From Sulfurovum sp. 16-42-52 (GTDB taxonomy: Bacteria > Campylobacterota > Campylobacteria > Campylobacterales > Sulfurovaceae): 64,000 bases of DNA. Shown one piece after another: positions 8,436 to 18,523 of this stretch (position 1 is the first letter of the stretch; each line of letters begins with the position of its first letter). The DNA lies in the NCBI GenBank assembly GCA_002281755.1, contig NCHB01000010.1, positions 6,644-70,643 on the forward strand, given 5' to 3'. The position numbers and the translations under genes are program-made. The notes beneath the pieces are model-generated. The model was not told the DNA's origin and made no database searches. It was given only the letters and a program-made list of their open reading frames with translations.

Positions 8436-10118
8436 ATGGCGCTACAGATGTTACGGTCGATGAAAGACTCACTTGAACCCAAGCTGATGACTCTATGGCG
8501 AAGTAGAGGGTATTCCAAATCCGATTTTTACGCTGATCTCATCGCGGGACTTGTGGTTGCCATCGTTGCACTTCCTTTGGCTATGGCAATCGCAATCGCG
8601 TCTAACCTTCCACCAGAGAGAGGGCTTTTTACTGCTATTGTTGCCGGATTTATCATTTCAGCGCATGGAGGCAGCCGCTATCAGATCGGAGGGCCGACCG
8701 CTGCATTTATTGTTACCGTGGCAACGGTTGCTATGGAGCACGGATACGAGGGCTTGGTGTTGGCGACCATCATGGCGGGAATTATTTTGATGATTATGGC
8801 ATTGGTTCATGCCGGAGAGTTGATCAAGTTTATCCCCTATCCGGTAATCGTTGGATTTACCTCTGGCATCGCACTTCTCATCGCATTTTCTCAAGTACGA
8901 GATTTTTTTGGTCTTCAAGTGGACAGTATACCGCCTGATTTTATCCACAAACTTATGGTTTACCTTGCGCATTTGGATGAAATGAATAGCGTCGCCGTTA
9001 TCGTTTCCTTGACATCGATTGCCATCATCCTCTTGACTAAAAAATATATTCCTAAAATACCAGGTCCGATCATCGTCGTTGTTCTTGGGGCTTTAGTCGT
9101 ATCGATGTTTCATTTGCCCATAGAAACCATTGAAAGCCGTTTTGGTTCCATCCCTTCGATGCTTCCTGCCCCCACATGGCCGGATATATCGTTTGAGAAA
9201 TTGCGTCAATTACTGCCCGATGCCATTACCATTGCGACGCTTGCTGCTATCGAATCACTGCTTTCTGCGGTGGTTGCGGATGGTATGACAGGAACCCACC
9301 ATAAATCAAATGCTGAGTTGTTTGGTCAAGGTGCAGCCAATATTGCTTCAGGATTTTTTGGAGGGCTTCCTGCCACTGGAGCTATTGCCCGAACTGCTAC
9401 CAACATCAAAGCCGGAGCACGCACCCCGATGGCGGGCATCATGCATGCGCTCTGGCTTTTTGTATTTATGCTGTTTCTCTCACCGTTGATTATCAAGGTT
9501 CCTCTTGCTGCTTTAGCTGCCATACTGATCGTTGTAGCGTGGAATATGTCTGAAATTAAACATATCAAAGAGATTATGAAAGCGCCACGAAGCGATCGGA
9601 TTATTTTGATTGTTACGTTTACATTGACTGTATTGGTTGATCTGAATTTTGCCATCCAAGCGGGTATCGCATTGGCTTCAATCCTCTTTATTGATTCAAT
9701 GATGAAAACAACCCACATTCATGTAGTCGAAAATGAAGAAGAAGACCCGGACTCCATTGCCAATAAAATTCTTCCTGAAGGTGTGGAAGTCTATGAAATT
9801 GAAGGTCCGCTCTTTTTTGGTGTTGCTGAAAAGCTCATTGATGTTTTAAGTCTGTTTGAACGTCCCCCGAAAGTTTTTATCTTACGGATGCGGCATGTTC
9901 CACTCATTGATGCGGCAGGACTTCATGCCCTTGAGATTTTGCATGAACGTCTTTCAAATCAGCATACCGCGCTCATCCTCTCCGGTGTGCGTCCCGAAGT
10001 TCAGTCTCATATCGTTAAAGCGTCATTAAACAGACTGATTGGAAATGAAAACATTGTTGATCATATCAACAAGGCCATTATTCGAGCGTCTCAAATGATA
10101 CAGGAGTCTCAAGTATAG
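8436..10118 (+). CDS. SulP/SLC26-family anion permease with STAS domain
   Basis: DLIAGLVVAIVALPLAMA, QIGGPT, LAAIESLLSA, ATGAIARTA; C-terminal GPLFFG STAS domain. Confidence 0.93.
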   Translation: MALQMLRSMKDSLEPKLMTLWRSRGYSKSDFYADLIAGLVVAIVALPLAMAIAIASNLPPERGLFTAIVAGFIISAHGGSRYQIGGPTAAFIVTVATVAMEHGYEGLVLATIMAGIILMIMALVHAGELIKFIPYPVIVGFTSGIALLIAFSQVRDFFGLQVDSIPPDFIHKLMVYLAHLDEMNSVAVIVSLTSIAIILLTKKYIPKIPGPIIVVVLGALVVSMFHLPIETIESRFGSIPSMLPAPTWPDISFEKLRQLLPDAITIATLAAIESLLSAVVADGMTGTHHKSNAELFGQGAANIASGFFGGLPATGAIARTATNIKAGARTPMAGIMHALWLFVFMLFLSPLIIKVPLAALAAILIVVAWNMSEIKHIKEIMKAPRSDRIILIVTFTLTVLVDLNFAIQAGIALASILFIDSMMKTTHIHVVENEEEDPDSIANKILPEGVEVYEIEGPLFFGVAEKLIDVLSLFERPPKVFILRMRHVPLIDAAGLHALEILHERLSNQHTALILSGVRPEVQSHIVKASLNRLIGNENIVDHINKAIIRASQMIQESQV

Positions 10119-10184
10119 GGTTTGTGAGGTGTTCAATCAAGCGAGAATTAAAAGATCGAAAAAATTTACACATTAGGAGAGAGT

Positions 10185-10742
10185 ATGCTTGAAATCAGAT
10201 GGCATAGCCGCGCCGGACAAGGTGCGGTTACAGGTGCGAAAGGTTTAGCGGAGGTGGTAGCAAGTACGGGCAAAGATGTTCAGGCATTTGCTTTTTATGG
10301 TTCTGCAAAGCGGGGCGCTGCGATGACGGCCTATAACCGCTTTGATGACAAAGTCATCTTGAACCACGAAAAGTTTATGCAGCCTGATTATGTGCTTGTG
10401 ATTGACCCGGCACTGGTCTATGCAACAGACATCACGGCAAATGAAAAAGAAAATACGGTGTATATCATCACAACGCATTTGAGCACCCTAGAGCTTATTG
10501 CTTCCCAGCCAAAACTTATGGGAAAAAAAGTCTTTACGGTTGATTGCATCAAAATCTCTCAGGAGACAATCGGAAAAGCAATCCCCAATACACCGATGCT
10601 GGGTGCATTGATGAAAATATCGAGAATGTATGATATTGAATTTTTTACAGAGAATATGTTTAAGGTTCTCAAAAAACTTCCTCAAAAAATAATTGACGCC
10701 AATATGATAGCCATAGAACGCGCCTATAATGAAGTCAAATAA
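10185..10742 (+). CDS. porG: Pyruvate:ferredoxin (flavodoxin) oxidoreductase gamma subunit
   Basis: EIRWHSRAGQGAVT, YGSAKRGA, PNTPMLGA. Confidence 0.93.
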   Translation: MLEIRWHSRAGQGAVTGAKGLAEVVASTGKDVQAFAFYGSAKRGAAMTAYNRFDDKVILNHEKFMQPDYVLVIDPALVYATDITANEKENTVYIITTHLSTLELIASQPKLMGKKVFTVDCIKISQETIGKAIPNTPMLGALMKISRMYDIEFFTENMFKVLKKLPQKIIDANMIAIERAYNEVK

Positions 10743-10751
10743 GGAGAAAAA

Positions 10752-11153
10752 ATGCTACAAAATGGATGGGATACATTTGAAATCGGCACCATACTGAGAC
10801 CATTTGAAGGGTCAATATCGGATGCAAGTGCGATACTGCCCGAAGACCGACTCTATTCACAATCAAACTCGTTTAGTGTCAGTGTAGCTGATTGGCGTAT
10901 CGAGAAGCCTTTGTTCAACAAAGACCTCTGTATTGATTGTCAATTTTGTTGGATTTATTGTCCTGATATGTCGATTATCTCTAGGGATAAAAAGATGGTT
11001 GCCGTTGACTATGACCACTGTAAAGGGTGTGGTATCTGTGTTCAGGTTTGTCCTACAACGCCTAAAGCACTCTTGATGTTCCCTGAGCAAAAAGACGAAG
11101 AGGAGGCATTGTTAGAATGGCCTAAAAAAGAGAAAAAAGAAAAGGAAAACTAA
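10752..11153 (+). CDS. porD: POR delta subunit (2x[4Fe-4S])
   Basis: CIDCQFCWIYCP and CKGCGICVQVCP motifs. Confidence 0.93.
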   Translation: MLQNGWDTFEIGTILRPFEGSISDASAILPEDRLYSQSNSFSVSVADWRIEKPLFNKDLCIDCQFCWIYCPDMSIISRDKKMVAVDYDHCKGCGICVQVCPTTPKALLMFPEQKDEEEALLEWPKKEKKEKEN

Positions 11154-12373
11154 TGGCTGATATCTTCGAATTACGCGATATTGAAGTATGGGATGGAAAT
11201 ATGGCAGCAAGCCATGCATTGCGTCAGGCACAGGTGGATGTGGTTGCGGCATATCCTATCACCCCGTCTACCCCGATTGTCGAAAATTATGCAAGTTTTA
11301 TGGCAAACGGCTATATTGACGGCGAATTTGTCATGGCAGAATCTGAGCATGGTGCGATGTCCTGCTGTATCGGTGCATCAGCAGCGGGTGGACGCGTTGC
11401 TACGGCGACGAGTTCACAAGGATTTGCACTGATGCTTGAAACCTTGTATTCTGCCTCAGGGATGCGACTCCCGATTGTACTCAATGTCGTCAACCGTGCC
11501 ATCGGTGCACCGCTCAATGTCAACGGAGACCACTCCGATATGTACATGGGGCGCGATAGCGGTTGGATACAAATTGATTGTTATAACCCGCAAGATGTGT
11601 ATGATATGAACCTTGTTGCGTTCCGCGTTTGTGAAGACCATGGTATTCGTCTTCCAGCGATGGTGCACCAAGACGGGTTTATGACATCCCATACCGCACA
11701 AAGGGTAAAAACGCTCAGCGATGATGTGGCGTATGATTTCATCGGTGAGTTCAAACCGATGAATGATATGCTGGATTTGGATCATCCTGTAACACATGGG
11801 GTTCAAACAGAAGAAGATTGGCACTTTGAGCACAAAGCCCGTCAGCATCATGCCCTTATGAGTGCTGTGCTACCTAAGATACAAGAGGCATTTGATGGGC
11901 TAAAAGCATTGACGGGTCGTCAGTACAACCTCGTAGAAAGCTACACCATGGACGATGCTGAGATAGCTATCGTTTGTATGGGGACATCCGTAGAAACCGC
12001 GCAAGAGGTCTCCAACGAACTTCGTGCCCAAGGCATCAAAGCAGGTGTTGTGGGCATCCGGGTTTTTCGTCCCTTCCCACTTGAGCAGATAGCAGATGCA
12101 CTTAAAGGCTGCAAGGCGATTGCGACGCTCGATAGATCAAGTCCAAACGGTACAGTAGGTGCACTCTACAACGAGCTTGCAGGCGCGTTGTTCAATACAA
12201 GTACACACGCGGTACTCACCAACTACATTTATGGTCTTGGCGGACGTGACTTGACAAAATCCAGTATTCATACCATTTACCGTGACCTTCAGGCAAATGC
12301 ACAGGCTGGTAGTCCAACGACTCCTTTGCAGCAATTCATTGGTCTTCGCGGACCGAAACTTTCGTTTTTTTAA
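11153..12373 (+). CDS. porA: POR alpha subunit
   Basis: AAYPITPST, ESEHGAMS, TATSSQG, YGLGGRD. Confidence 0.95.
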   Translation: MADIFELRDIEVWDGNMAASHALRQAQVDVVAAYPITPSTPIVENYASFMANGYIDGEFVMAESEHGAMSCCIGASAAGGRVATATSSQGFALMLETLYSASGMRLPIVLNVVNRAIGAPLNVNGDHSDMYMGRDSGWIQIDCYNPQDVYDMNLVAFRVCEDHGIRLPAMVHQDGFMTSHTAQRVKTLSDDVAYDFIGEFKPMNDMLDLDHPVTHGVQTEEDWHFEHKARQHHALMSAVLPKIQEAFDGLKALTGRQYNLVESYTMDDAEIAIVCMGTSVETAQEVSNELRAQGIKAGVVGIRVFRPFPLEQIADALKGCKAIATLDRSSPNGTVGALYNELAGALFNTSTHAVLTNYIYGLGGRDLTKSSIHTIYRDLQANAQAGSPTTPLQQFIGLRGPKLSFF

Positions 12374-12382
12374 GGAGTAAGC

Positions 12383-13336
12383 ATGTTTCAAGCGAAAACA
12401 AAAAATCTCAAAAATTTTTCGACATCAGCAGAGCGTTTTGAAGGAGCAAATCTTCTTTGTCCCGGATGCGCCCACTCTATCATTGTCCGTGAAGTATTGA
12501 ATGCAACCAATGATCATTTGATCCTTGGCGCATCAACCGGATGCCTTGAAGTGTGTACCGCCGTTTATCCGCATACTTCATGGGATGCTTCATGGATTCA
12601 TATCGGATTTGAAAATGGTTCCTCAGCCGTAGCAGGAGCTGAAGCGATGTACAAAGTGCTTAAGAACAAAGGGCGACTGAAACAGCCTGATCGCACTCCG
12701 AAGTTTGTCGCGTTCGGTGGAGATGGTGCAACATATGACATCGGTTTTCAGTGGATCTCTGGATGTTTTGAGCGGGGGCACGACATGATGTATGTCTGTT
12801 TGGATAATGAAGTGTATGCAAATACCGGCGGACAACGTTCCTCTTCCACTCCGATCGGTGCGTCGGCATCGACCACTCCTTCAGGACGCATAAGCTATGG
12901 TGAAAAACAAAACAAAAAAGATATGATGGCAATCATGGCAGCGCACGGCGCACCGTATGTGGCACAGGTCGCTCCAAACCAATGGAGGGATATGGTCGCC
13001 AAAATCCAAAAAGGGTTTGCAACCGAGGGTCCTGTTTTTATCAATGCGATGTCTGCCTGTACCACGGAGTGGAAATTTTCCCCCGAAGATACCATTGCTA
13101 TCTCTGATTTGGCGACCGATTCGTTGGTTTTTCCCTTGTATGAGATCATTGACGGAACCAAACTCAATATTACCTACCGCCCCAAAAATGTGATTCCGGT
13201 ACGCGATTACCTCGGTGCACAAGGGCGCTTTAAACATCTTTTCACCAAACAATACGAGTATCTTATCAACGAGTGGCAGGCACGTGTTGATGCAAAATGG
13301 GAACTGCTTCAACGCCGTGAAGAGGCTTGCCTTTAG
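12383..13336 (+). CDS. porB: POR beta subunit (TPP-binding)
   Basis: CPGCAH, GGDGATYDIG, LDNEVYANTGGQ. Confidence 0.95.
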   Translation: MFQAKTKNLKNFSTSAERFEGANLLCPGCAHSIIVREVLNATNDHLILGASTGCLEVCTAVYPHTSWDASWIHIGFENGSSAVAGAEAMYKVLKNKGRLKQPDRTPKFVAFGGDGATYDIGFQWISGCFERGHDMMYVCLDNEVYANTGGQRSSSTPIGASASTTPSGRISYGEKQNKKDMMAIMAAHGAPYVAQVAPNQWRDMVAKIQKGFATEGPVFINAMSACTTEWKFSPEDTIAISDLATDSLVFPLYEIIDGTKLNITYRPKNVIPVRDYLGAQGRFKHLFTKQYEYLINEWQARVDAKWELLQRREEACL

Positions 13337-13450
13337 TCAAATCATTTGAAATGTACTTCAATCACTCTCAAATGATGTCAATTTGACATATATTTAAGAG
13401 TGAAATAAAACTCTTGATATACTTTAGCAATTTAAATAAAAGGCAAAAGT

Positions 13451-14008
13451 ATGATCGTAGGGATAGAAGGTACAGTTGATCGAAAAGAGCCCACTTTTGT
13501 GCATCTTAATGTAAGTGGCATCATCTATGAGGTGCAGGTGTCCATCAACACATCCAGTAACATTGCTGATAAAAAAGTAAAACTGTTTGTCACGCAGGTG
13601 ATTCGTGAAGATGCGCATTTGCTTTTTGGGTTTATGGAGCTGAACGAAAAAAAGATGTTTGATACCGTACTCAAAATAAATGGCGTCGGCCCAAAAGTCG
13701 GTTTAGCCATCTGCTCGACCTTTACACCTGAGACCTTTGCAAAAGTGGTGGCTTCTAAAGATGTGAGTATGCTCAAACGCGTTCCAGGCGTTGGACCTAA
13801 GGCTGCAAGTCGCATATTGGTAGAACTCGCAGACTTTATCGTCGATGGCAATATAGAGAGTGCAAGCTCAGGTGCGATGAGTGATGCGATGATGGCATTG
13901 GAGAGTTTAGGGTTCAAAAAAGATGTCATTCAAAAAGCACTTGTGGGGGCTACTGGTGATACGAGTTCGTTGGTAAAAGAAGGACTCAAACGTTTGCAAC
14001 GGCTCTAA
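13451..14008 (+). CDS. ruvA: Holliday junction branch migration protein RuvA
   Basis: [12 protein letters not shown] and HhH motifs INGVGPK and VPGVGPK. Confidence 0.96.
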   Translation: MIVGIEGTVDRKEPTFVHLNVSGIIYEVQVSINTSSNIADKKVKLFVTQVIREDAHLLFGFMELNEKKMFDTVLKINGVGPKVGLAICSTFTPETFAKVVASKDVSMLKRVPGVGPKAASRILVELADFIVDGNIESASSGAMSDAMMALESLGFKKDVIQKALVGATGDTSSLVKEGLKRLQRL

Positions 14009-14017
14009 TTTGAAGCG

Positions 14018-14698
14018 TTAAGCCTGCGTCGCAACCCTGCGTGCTGAAACGAAAAGATTGGCATATTTCCCGTGTGTGATGGGGGAGATGATTATGCCGT
14101 CTTTTTTGGAAGCAGCATGGATGAAGTTGCCATCACCCAAGTAGATACCCACATGAGTGACAGGGATGCCCCGTGTTTTGTCCGTGAGGAAAAAAAGCAG
14201 GTCGCCTTTTTGCAGGTGTGCCTTATCTACGAGTGTGCCTTTTTGTGACTGTGCCCACGCAGTTCGCGGCAGGTTGATATGGTGTTTTTTGTAGAGGTAC
14301 TGTACGTAGCCAGAGCAGTCAAAACCTTCGGGCTTGGTGCCTCCCCAAACATATTTACCACCTTTAAAGTACTTGGCATCTTCTGTTAGTTTTTGTTTGT
14401 CGATGGCAGAAATCTGATAGACTTTTCCTACTTTTGCCGCTTCTTGCTGTGCTTTGGCGATGCGGGTAGCACGCTTGCGCGCTGCTTCAGCCATGCGGGC
14501 TAGATTTTCCGCACGGTGAAGTTCATCATAAATGGCTTGCAGTGAGTATTCGGTAGATTTTTGGTTCAGGTATTCGTTTTGGGAGTGCTGCATATCTTTA
14601 CTGTGATAAACTTTTCCGTTTTTATCGCTAATCGTGAAAAGACTTGCATGTGAAAGCGTAAGTAGGAGTATCAGTACAAAAGCAGTTTTTCGCATCAC
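14018..14698 (-). CDS. Secreted NlpC/P60 (C40) peptidoglycan endopeptidase
   Basis: Signal peptide; YVWGG, FDCSGYV, HVGIYLG, FIHA. Confidence 0.93.
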   Translation of the reverse strand: MMRKTAFVLILLLTLSHASLFTISDKNGKVYHSKDMQHSQNEYLNQKSTEYSLQAIYDELHRAENLARMAEAARKRATRIAKAQQEAAKVGKVYQISAIDKQKLTEDAKYFKGGKYVWGGTKPEGFDCSGYVQYLYKKHHINLPRTAWAQSQKGTLVDKAHLQKGDLLFFLTDKTRGIPVTHVGIYLGDGNFIHAASKKDGIIISPITHGKYANLFVSARRVATQA

Positions 14699-14762
14699 TT
14701 CCCTCGTTCATTTTGATATTTGATGATATCAAAATGAACATAAAAGAAAACTTTAATGCAGG

Positions 14763-15116
14763 CTAATGATTGGTTCCGCAAAAATTTCCATCGCATCCAT
14801 TGACCGAACCCGAATACATAGAATTTTCAATGAAAAACTTTAAGATTCGTTTCTTTTTTTGTTTGAATGAAGGGCTAGCAAGGTTTGCAAGCGCTTCTGG
14901 TTTATCTTTATGGATTTTCTCTAATTCTCCCTCGGTATTGAAAAAAAACTTCCAATCACTGTCGTCTATCTGTTTTGCCTGAAAAAAGGGTGTGCCATGA
15001 CAGGATGTGCAGTGTTTTTGAACGGTTCTTAACGCCCCTGTGTCATATCTTTCAGCAGCTAGGCTAAAGGTGCTGAACATCAGTGTCAATGCCAGGGTGG
15101 TAATGTGTGGTTTCAT
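14763..15116 (-). CDS. Periplasmic monoheme c-type cytochrome
   Basis: Signal peptide followed by CTSCH heme motif; start moved to MKPHITT (15116). Confidence 0.8.
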   Translation of the reverse strand: MKPHITTLALTLMFSTFSLAAERYDTGALRTVQKHCTSCHGTPFFQAKQIDDSDWKFFFNTEGELEKIHKDKPEALANLASPSFKQKKKRILKFFIENSMYSGSVNGCDGNFCGTNH

Positions 15117-15196
15117 CAAATAACTCCTTCGTCTTTTGCTGTTATCATAAAGATGCATTGTGTAACCGGTGTGTAGCTTTAGCTATAATAGCATTT

Positions 15197-16348
15197 ATGG
15201 ATAAAAAAATAATCATCATAGGAGGCGGGGCAAGTGCACTGATGCTGGCTTCGCTTTTGCCTAAAAACACCGCCACTGTTATAGAATCCAACCCAAAACC
15301 GGGCGCTAAGATACTTATCTCCGGCGGAGGAAAATGCAACATCACCAATACTCGTATGGGCACAGGGTATTTTCAAGCTGATGCAGCGTTTGTGGAGCCT
15401 TCTTTAAAGCGATTTGATGAAAAAGCGTTGATAGCCTGGCTTGCGGCTCGCAAACTTCACCCTGTGATCTTAAAAGAGACGCAGTATTTTTGTAAAGATT
15501 CTGCCAAAGAGTTGTTGGCTGTTTTGCTTAAAGAGAGTCAAAAACAAAGCATTTTACTTTCAGAGAAAGTGTTGGAAGTCTCTAAGCGTGAAAACATTTT
15601 TTACGTAAAAACCGATAAAAAAACATATACTGCAAGGAGGGTTGTCATCGCTTCGGGTGGACTGAGTTTTCCTACGCTTGGAGCCAGCAGCATCGGGTAT
15701 GAGATAGCGCAGTCTTTTGGACACAGTGTTATAAAAACAGGGCCGGCACTGGTGGGTTTTACGGTACAGAAAGAGCAGTTTTTCTTCAAGGAACTCTCAG
15801 GGGTCTCTTGCGAAGTGAAGATACGTATTGCTGAAAAAGTCTGTGAAGGCAGCCTGCTTTTTGCCCATAAAGGCATCAGTGGCCCGGCGGTTTTGGATGC
15901 TTCACTCTACTGGGAAAAAGGTCAGATGGAGATTGATTTTCTGCCACATTTTTCATGGCAGAGTCTCTACGGCAGTAAAAAACAGATCTCCTCACTTTTG
16001 CCTTTGCCAAAGCGTCTTAGTAAGGCATTTTTGGTACAATTTGCCCTGGAAGATAAACCCTGCAATCACCTCAGTAAAGATGAGATAAACAAACTGATGT
16101 ATTTGAGTCGGTACAGCTTTGCACCGGCAGGGACATTTGGCTACACCAAAGCTGAAGTGACCAAAGGCGGCATCAATACAAGTGAAATAAACAAAGAGAC
16201 CATGATGAGTCTAAAAGAACAGGGACTCTACTTCATCGGGGAGGTACTCGATGTTACAGGAAGACTGGGAGGGTACAACTTTCAGTGGGCATTTTCGAGT
16301 GCTTACAGTTGTGCACAACATATAAAGGAAGAGACAAATGAGGATTAG
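15197..16348 (+). CDS. HI0933/YhiN (BaiN/RdsA) family flavoprotein
   Basis: IIGGGAS, KILISGGGKCNITN, ASGGLSFP, TKGG, GGYNFQWAFSS; start moved to 15197. Confidence 0.92.
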   Translation: MDKKIIIIGGGASALMLASLLPKNTATVIESNPKPGAKILISGGGKCNITNTRMGTGYFQADAAFVEPSLKRFDEKALIAWLAARKLHPVILKETQYFCKDSAKELLAVLLKESQKQSILLSEKVLEVSKRENIFYVKTDKKTYTARRVVIASGGLSFPTLGASSIGYEIAQSFGHSVIKTGPALVGFTVQKEQFFFKELSGVSCEVKIRIAEKVCEGSLLFAHKGISGPAVLDASLYWEKGQMEIDFLPHFSWQSLYGSKKQISSLLPLPKRLSKAFLVQFALEDKPCNHLSKDEINKLMYLSRYSFAPAGTFGYTKAEVTKGGINTSEINKETMMSLKEQGLYFIGEVLDVTGRLGGYNFQWAFSSAYSCAQHIKEETNED

Positions 16349-17600
16349 CGTAGTAAGTAGTTGGGTAGTAATGATAGGCATCATATTAAGCGGTTGTAGT
16401 AACACTCCTGTACAGCCGCCAAAAGCACCGGAGCCACCAAAAGTAACCTGGGATGATACACAGAAAAAAGAACTGCTCACCATACTTGCCCAAGACAAAT
16501 ATATGTCTATCTGTAACCAGCAGGCCTTATATGAAAAAGTCAAAACCTCTCAAGAGCCTCAAGATATGACAAATATGCTTTATGTGTACACGAAAAACCT
16601 TGCTAACGGGTGTATCGTCAATGCAAGACAAAAAGAAACCATCAGCGGGCAAATGACCACGACCTATGGTGTCTATGAGCAAAAAGTTGATCCCAAAGAG
16701 CTTATAGGAAAACTTCAAAATAGACAAAGTATTGAAGCAATACTCAAGCCCTATGTACCACAGTACCGGCAGTTTGACGCGCTTATTGCAAAGTACCGCG
16801 CGATGGAGCGTTCAGATAAAGCCTCTTCACGTGAGCTGAGACAAGTGCGTCTTAACATTGAAAGAGTCAAGCTTCTCAAACCGGGGCTAGGAAGCAATTA
16901 TGCTTTGGTCAATATACCTGAGTTTCATGTGCGTGTCATTGATGAGGGTAAAACCTGTGTGAAGATGAAAGTCATCACAGGAACAAAGAAAAATAAAACA
17001 CCGGTATTTTCAGAAAACCTGCAATACATTACACTTAACCCGACATGGAATGTGCCTGACAGTATCGCAAGAAATGAGATCATTCCTGCGACACTGAGAA
17101 ATCCAGGCTACCTCAAAAGCCACCGTTTGGAGATGCGCAATGACTATAATCTTGACTCACCAAAGCTTAAATTTAATGCTGCAGAAGCCAAAGCCTATAA
17201 AGGCGGCAAAGGGCATGTACCGTTCAAGTTCATTGAAGTGCCTTCAGATAAAAATGCATTGGGACGCGTGAAGTTTATCTTTCCTAACCAGCATTCAGTC
17301 TATATGCATGATACACCGACAAAAAATCTCTTCAACAAAAAAGTACGTGCCTTTAGTCATGGGTGTATCAGACTGGGAGACCCTAAACTCATGTTGAAGT
17401 ATCTGACAGAAAACTACACAGCCCACTCTTATGATGATGTTAAAAAGAAGTATAACAGTTACAAAACCCATTATCTAAACGTGACAAAACATCTGCCTGT
17501 GCATACAGCGTACTTTACGACCTATGTGGCTCAAGATGGTAAATTGCTAACTTTCCCCGATATCTACGGCTACGATCAAGCACAACAGCTTAACTTTTAA
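16338..17600 (+). CDS. L,D-transpeptidase lipoprotein, YcbB/LdtD-like
   Basis: Lipobox LSGC; VNIPEF, NPTWNVP, YMHDTP, SHGCIR catalytic motif. Confidence 0.9.
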   Translation: MRISVVSSWVVMIGIILSGCSNTPVQPPKAPEPPKVTWDDTQKKELLTILAQDKYMSICNQQALYEKVKTSQEPQDMTNMLYVYTKNLANGCIVNARQKETISGQMTTTYGVYEQKVDPKELIGKLQNRQSIEAILKPYVPQYRQFDALIAKYRAMERSDKASSRELRQVRLNIERVKLLKPGLGSNYALVNIPEFHVRVIDEGKTCVKMKVITGTKKNKTPVFSENLQYITLNPTWNVPDSIARNEIIPATLRNPGYLKSHRLEMRNDYNLDSPKLKFNAAEAKAYKGGKGHVPFKFIEVPSDKNALGRVKFIFPNQHSVYMHDTPTKNLFNKKVRAFSHGCIRLGDPKLMLKYLTENYTAHSYDDVKKKYNSYKTHYLNVTKHLPVHTAYFTTYVAQDGKLLTFPDIYGYDQAQQLNF

Positions 17601-17609
17601 GAAGCGCGC

Positions 17610-18482
17610 ATGATGACAAGGGCTTGGCTGATACTGGCCGATATCCTTGTGATGCTCCTTCTTGGTGGTTCATTGATACTGTTATATCTTTTTCCTGTAC
17701 AAAAAAATACGCCTTCCGAGCCCTCTTCTTTGCCAAGCAGTATTGAACAGAAGATTTGGTTTCTGCCACCTGCAACATTTACTGCAATACTGACTCTGGA
17801 AGATATCATACGTATGGGACAGGAAATGCAGACACAGGAGTGGGGCATCAAAAATATATTTTTAACCAGAACACTGGAAGAGGGTTTGGAGTTACATACA
17901 CTTCAAGTAGGCGACCCTGTGTTGCTGCGTATCTTCAAACAAGAGGCGATTTTGGAAGTATGGATGCGCTCAGATGAAGCGTACAAACATGTAAAAGACT
18001 ACGCCATCTGTGCCTATTCAGGTGGTCTTGGTCCTAAGCTGGCTGAAGGTGACGGGCAGTCTCCAGAAGGCTTTTATGCTATACGTAAAAAACAACTCAA
18101 TCCAAACAGCAAGTTTCACCTTGCTTTTAATCTAGGCTACCCAAACAAGTACGACAGAGCGCATGAACGTACAGGCTCTTCTTTGATGGTACACGGCAAC
18201 TGTATCTCCATAGGCTGTTATGCCATGACCGATGAAAAGATAGAAGAGATTTATGACTTGGTGGAAAGCGCGTTGCATCAGGGTCAAAAAAAGGTTTGGG
18301 TGCATATTTTTCCGTTTAGGATGACAGAGTCAAATATGGCGCAGTATGCTGACAATGAATGGTATGATTTTTGGGAAAATCTCAAAGAAGGCTATGATTA
18401 TTTTGAAGCTGAAGCACTGCCTCCGGATATAAAAGTAAAGAATAAACGGTATATCATAGGTGAATCCAAGGAAATGTTTTAA
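17610..18482 (+). CDS. YkuD-family protein, YafK/DpaA-like
   Basis: GPKLAEGDGQSPEGFY, LNPNSKFHLAFNLGYPN, HGNCISIGCYAMTD. Confidence 0.85.
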   Translation: MMTRAWLILADILVMLLLGGSLILLYLFPVQKNTPSEPSSLPSSIEQKIWFLPPATFTAILTLEDIIRMGQEMQTQEWGIKNIFLTRTLEEGLELHTLQVGDPVLLRIFKQEAILEVWMRSDEAYKHVKDYAICAYSGGLGPKLAEGDGQSPEGFYAIRKKQLNPNSKFHLAFNLGYPNKYDRAHERTGSSLMVHGNCISIGCYAMTDEKIEEIYDLVESALHQGQKKVWVHIFPFRMTESNMAQYADNEWYDFWENLKEGYDYFEAEALPPDIKVKNKRYIIGESKEMF

Positions 18483-18523
18483 TCCTATCTGATAAAACGT
18501 GCTTTTTAGAGCCTGTTATGAGC

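Noticed and set aside
13338-13388. Inverted repeat ATCATTTGA/TCAAATGAT after porB
   Set aside because: It is probably an ordinary terminator or stability stem; there is no evidence for more.
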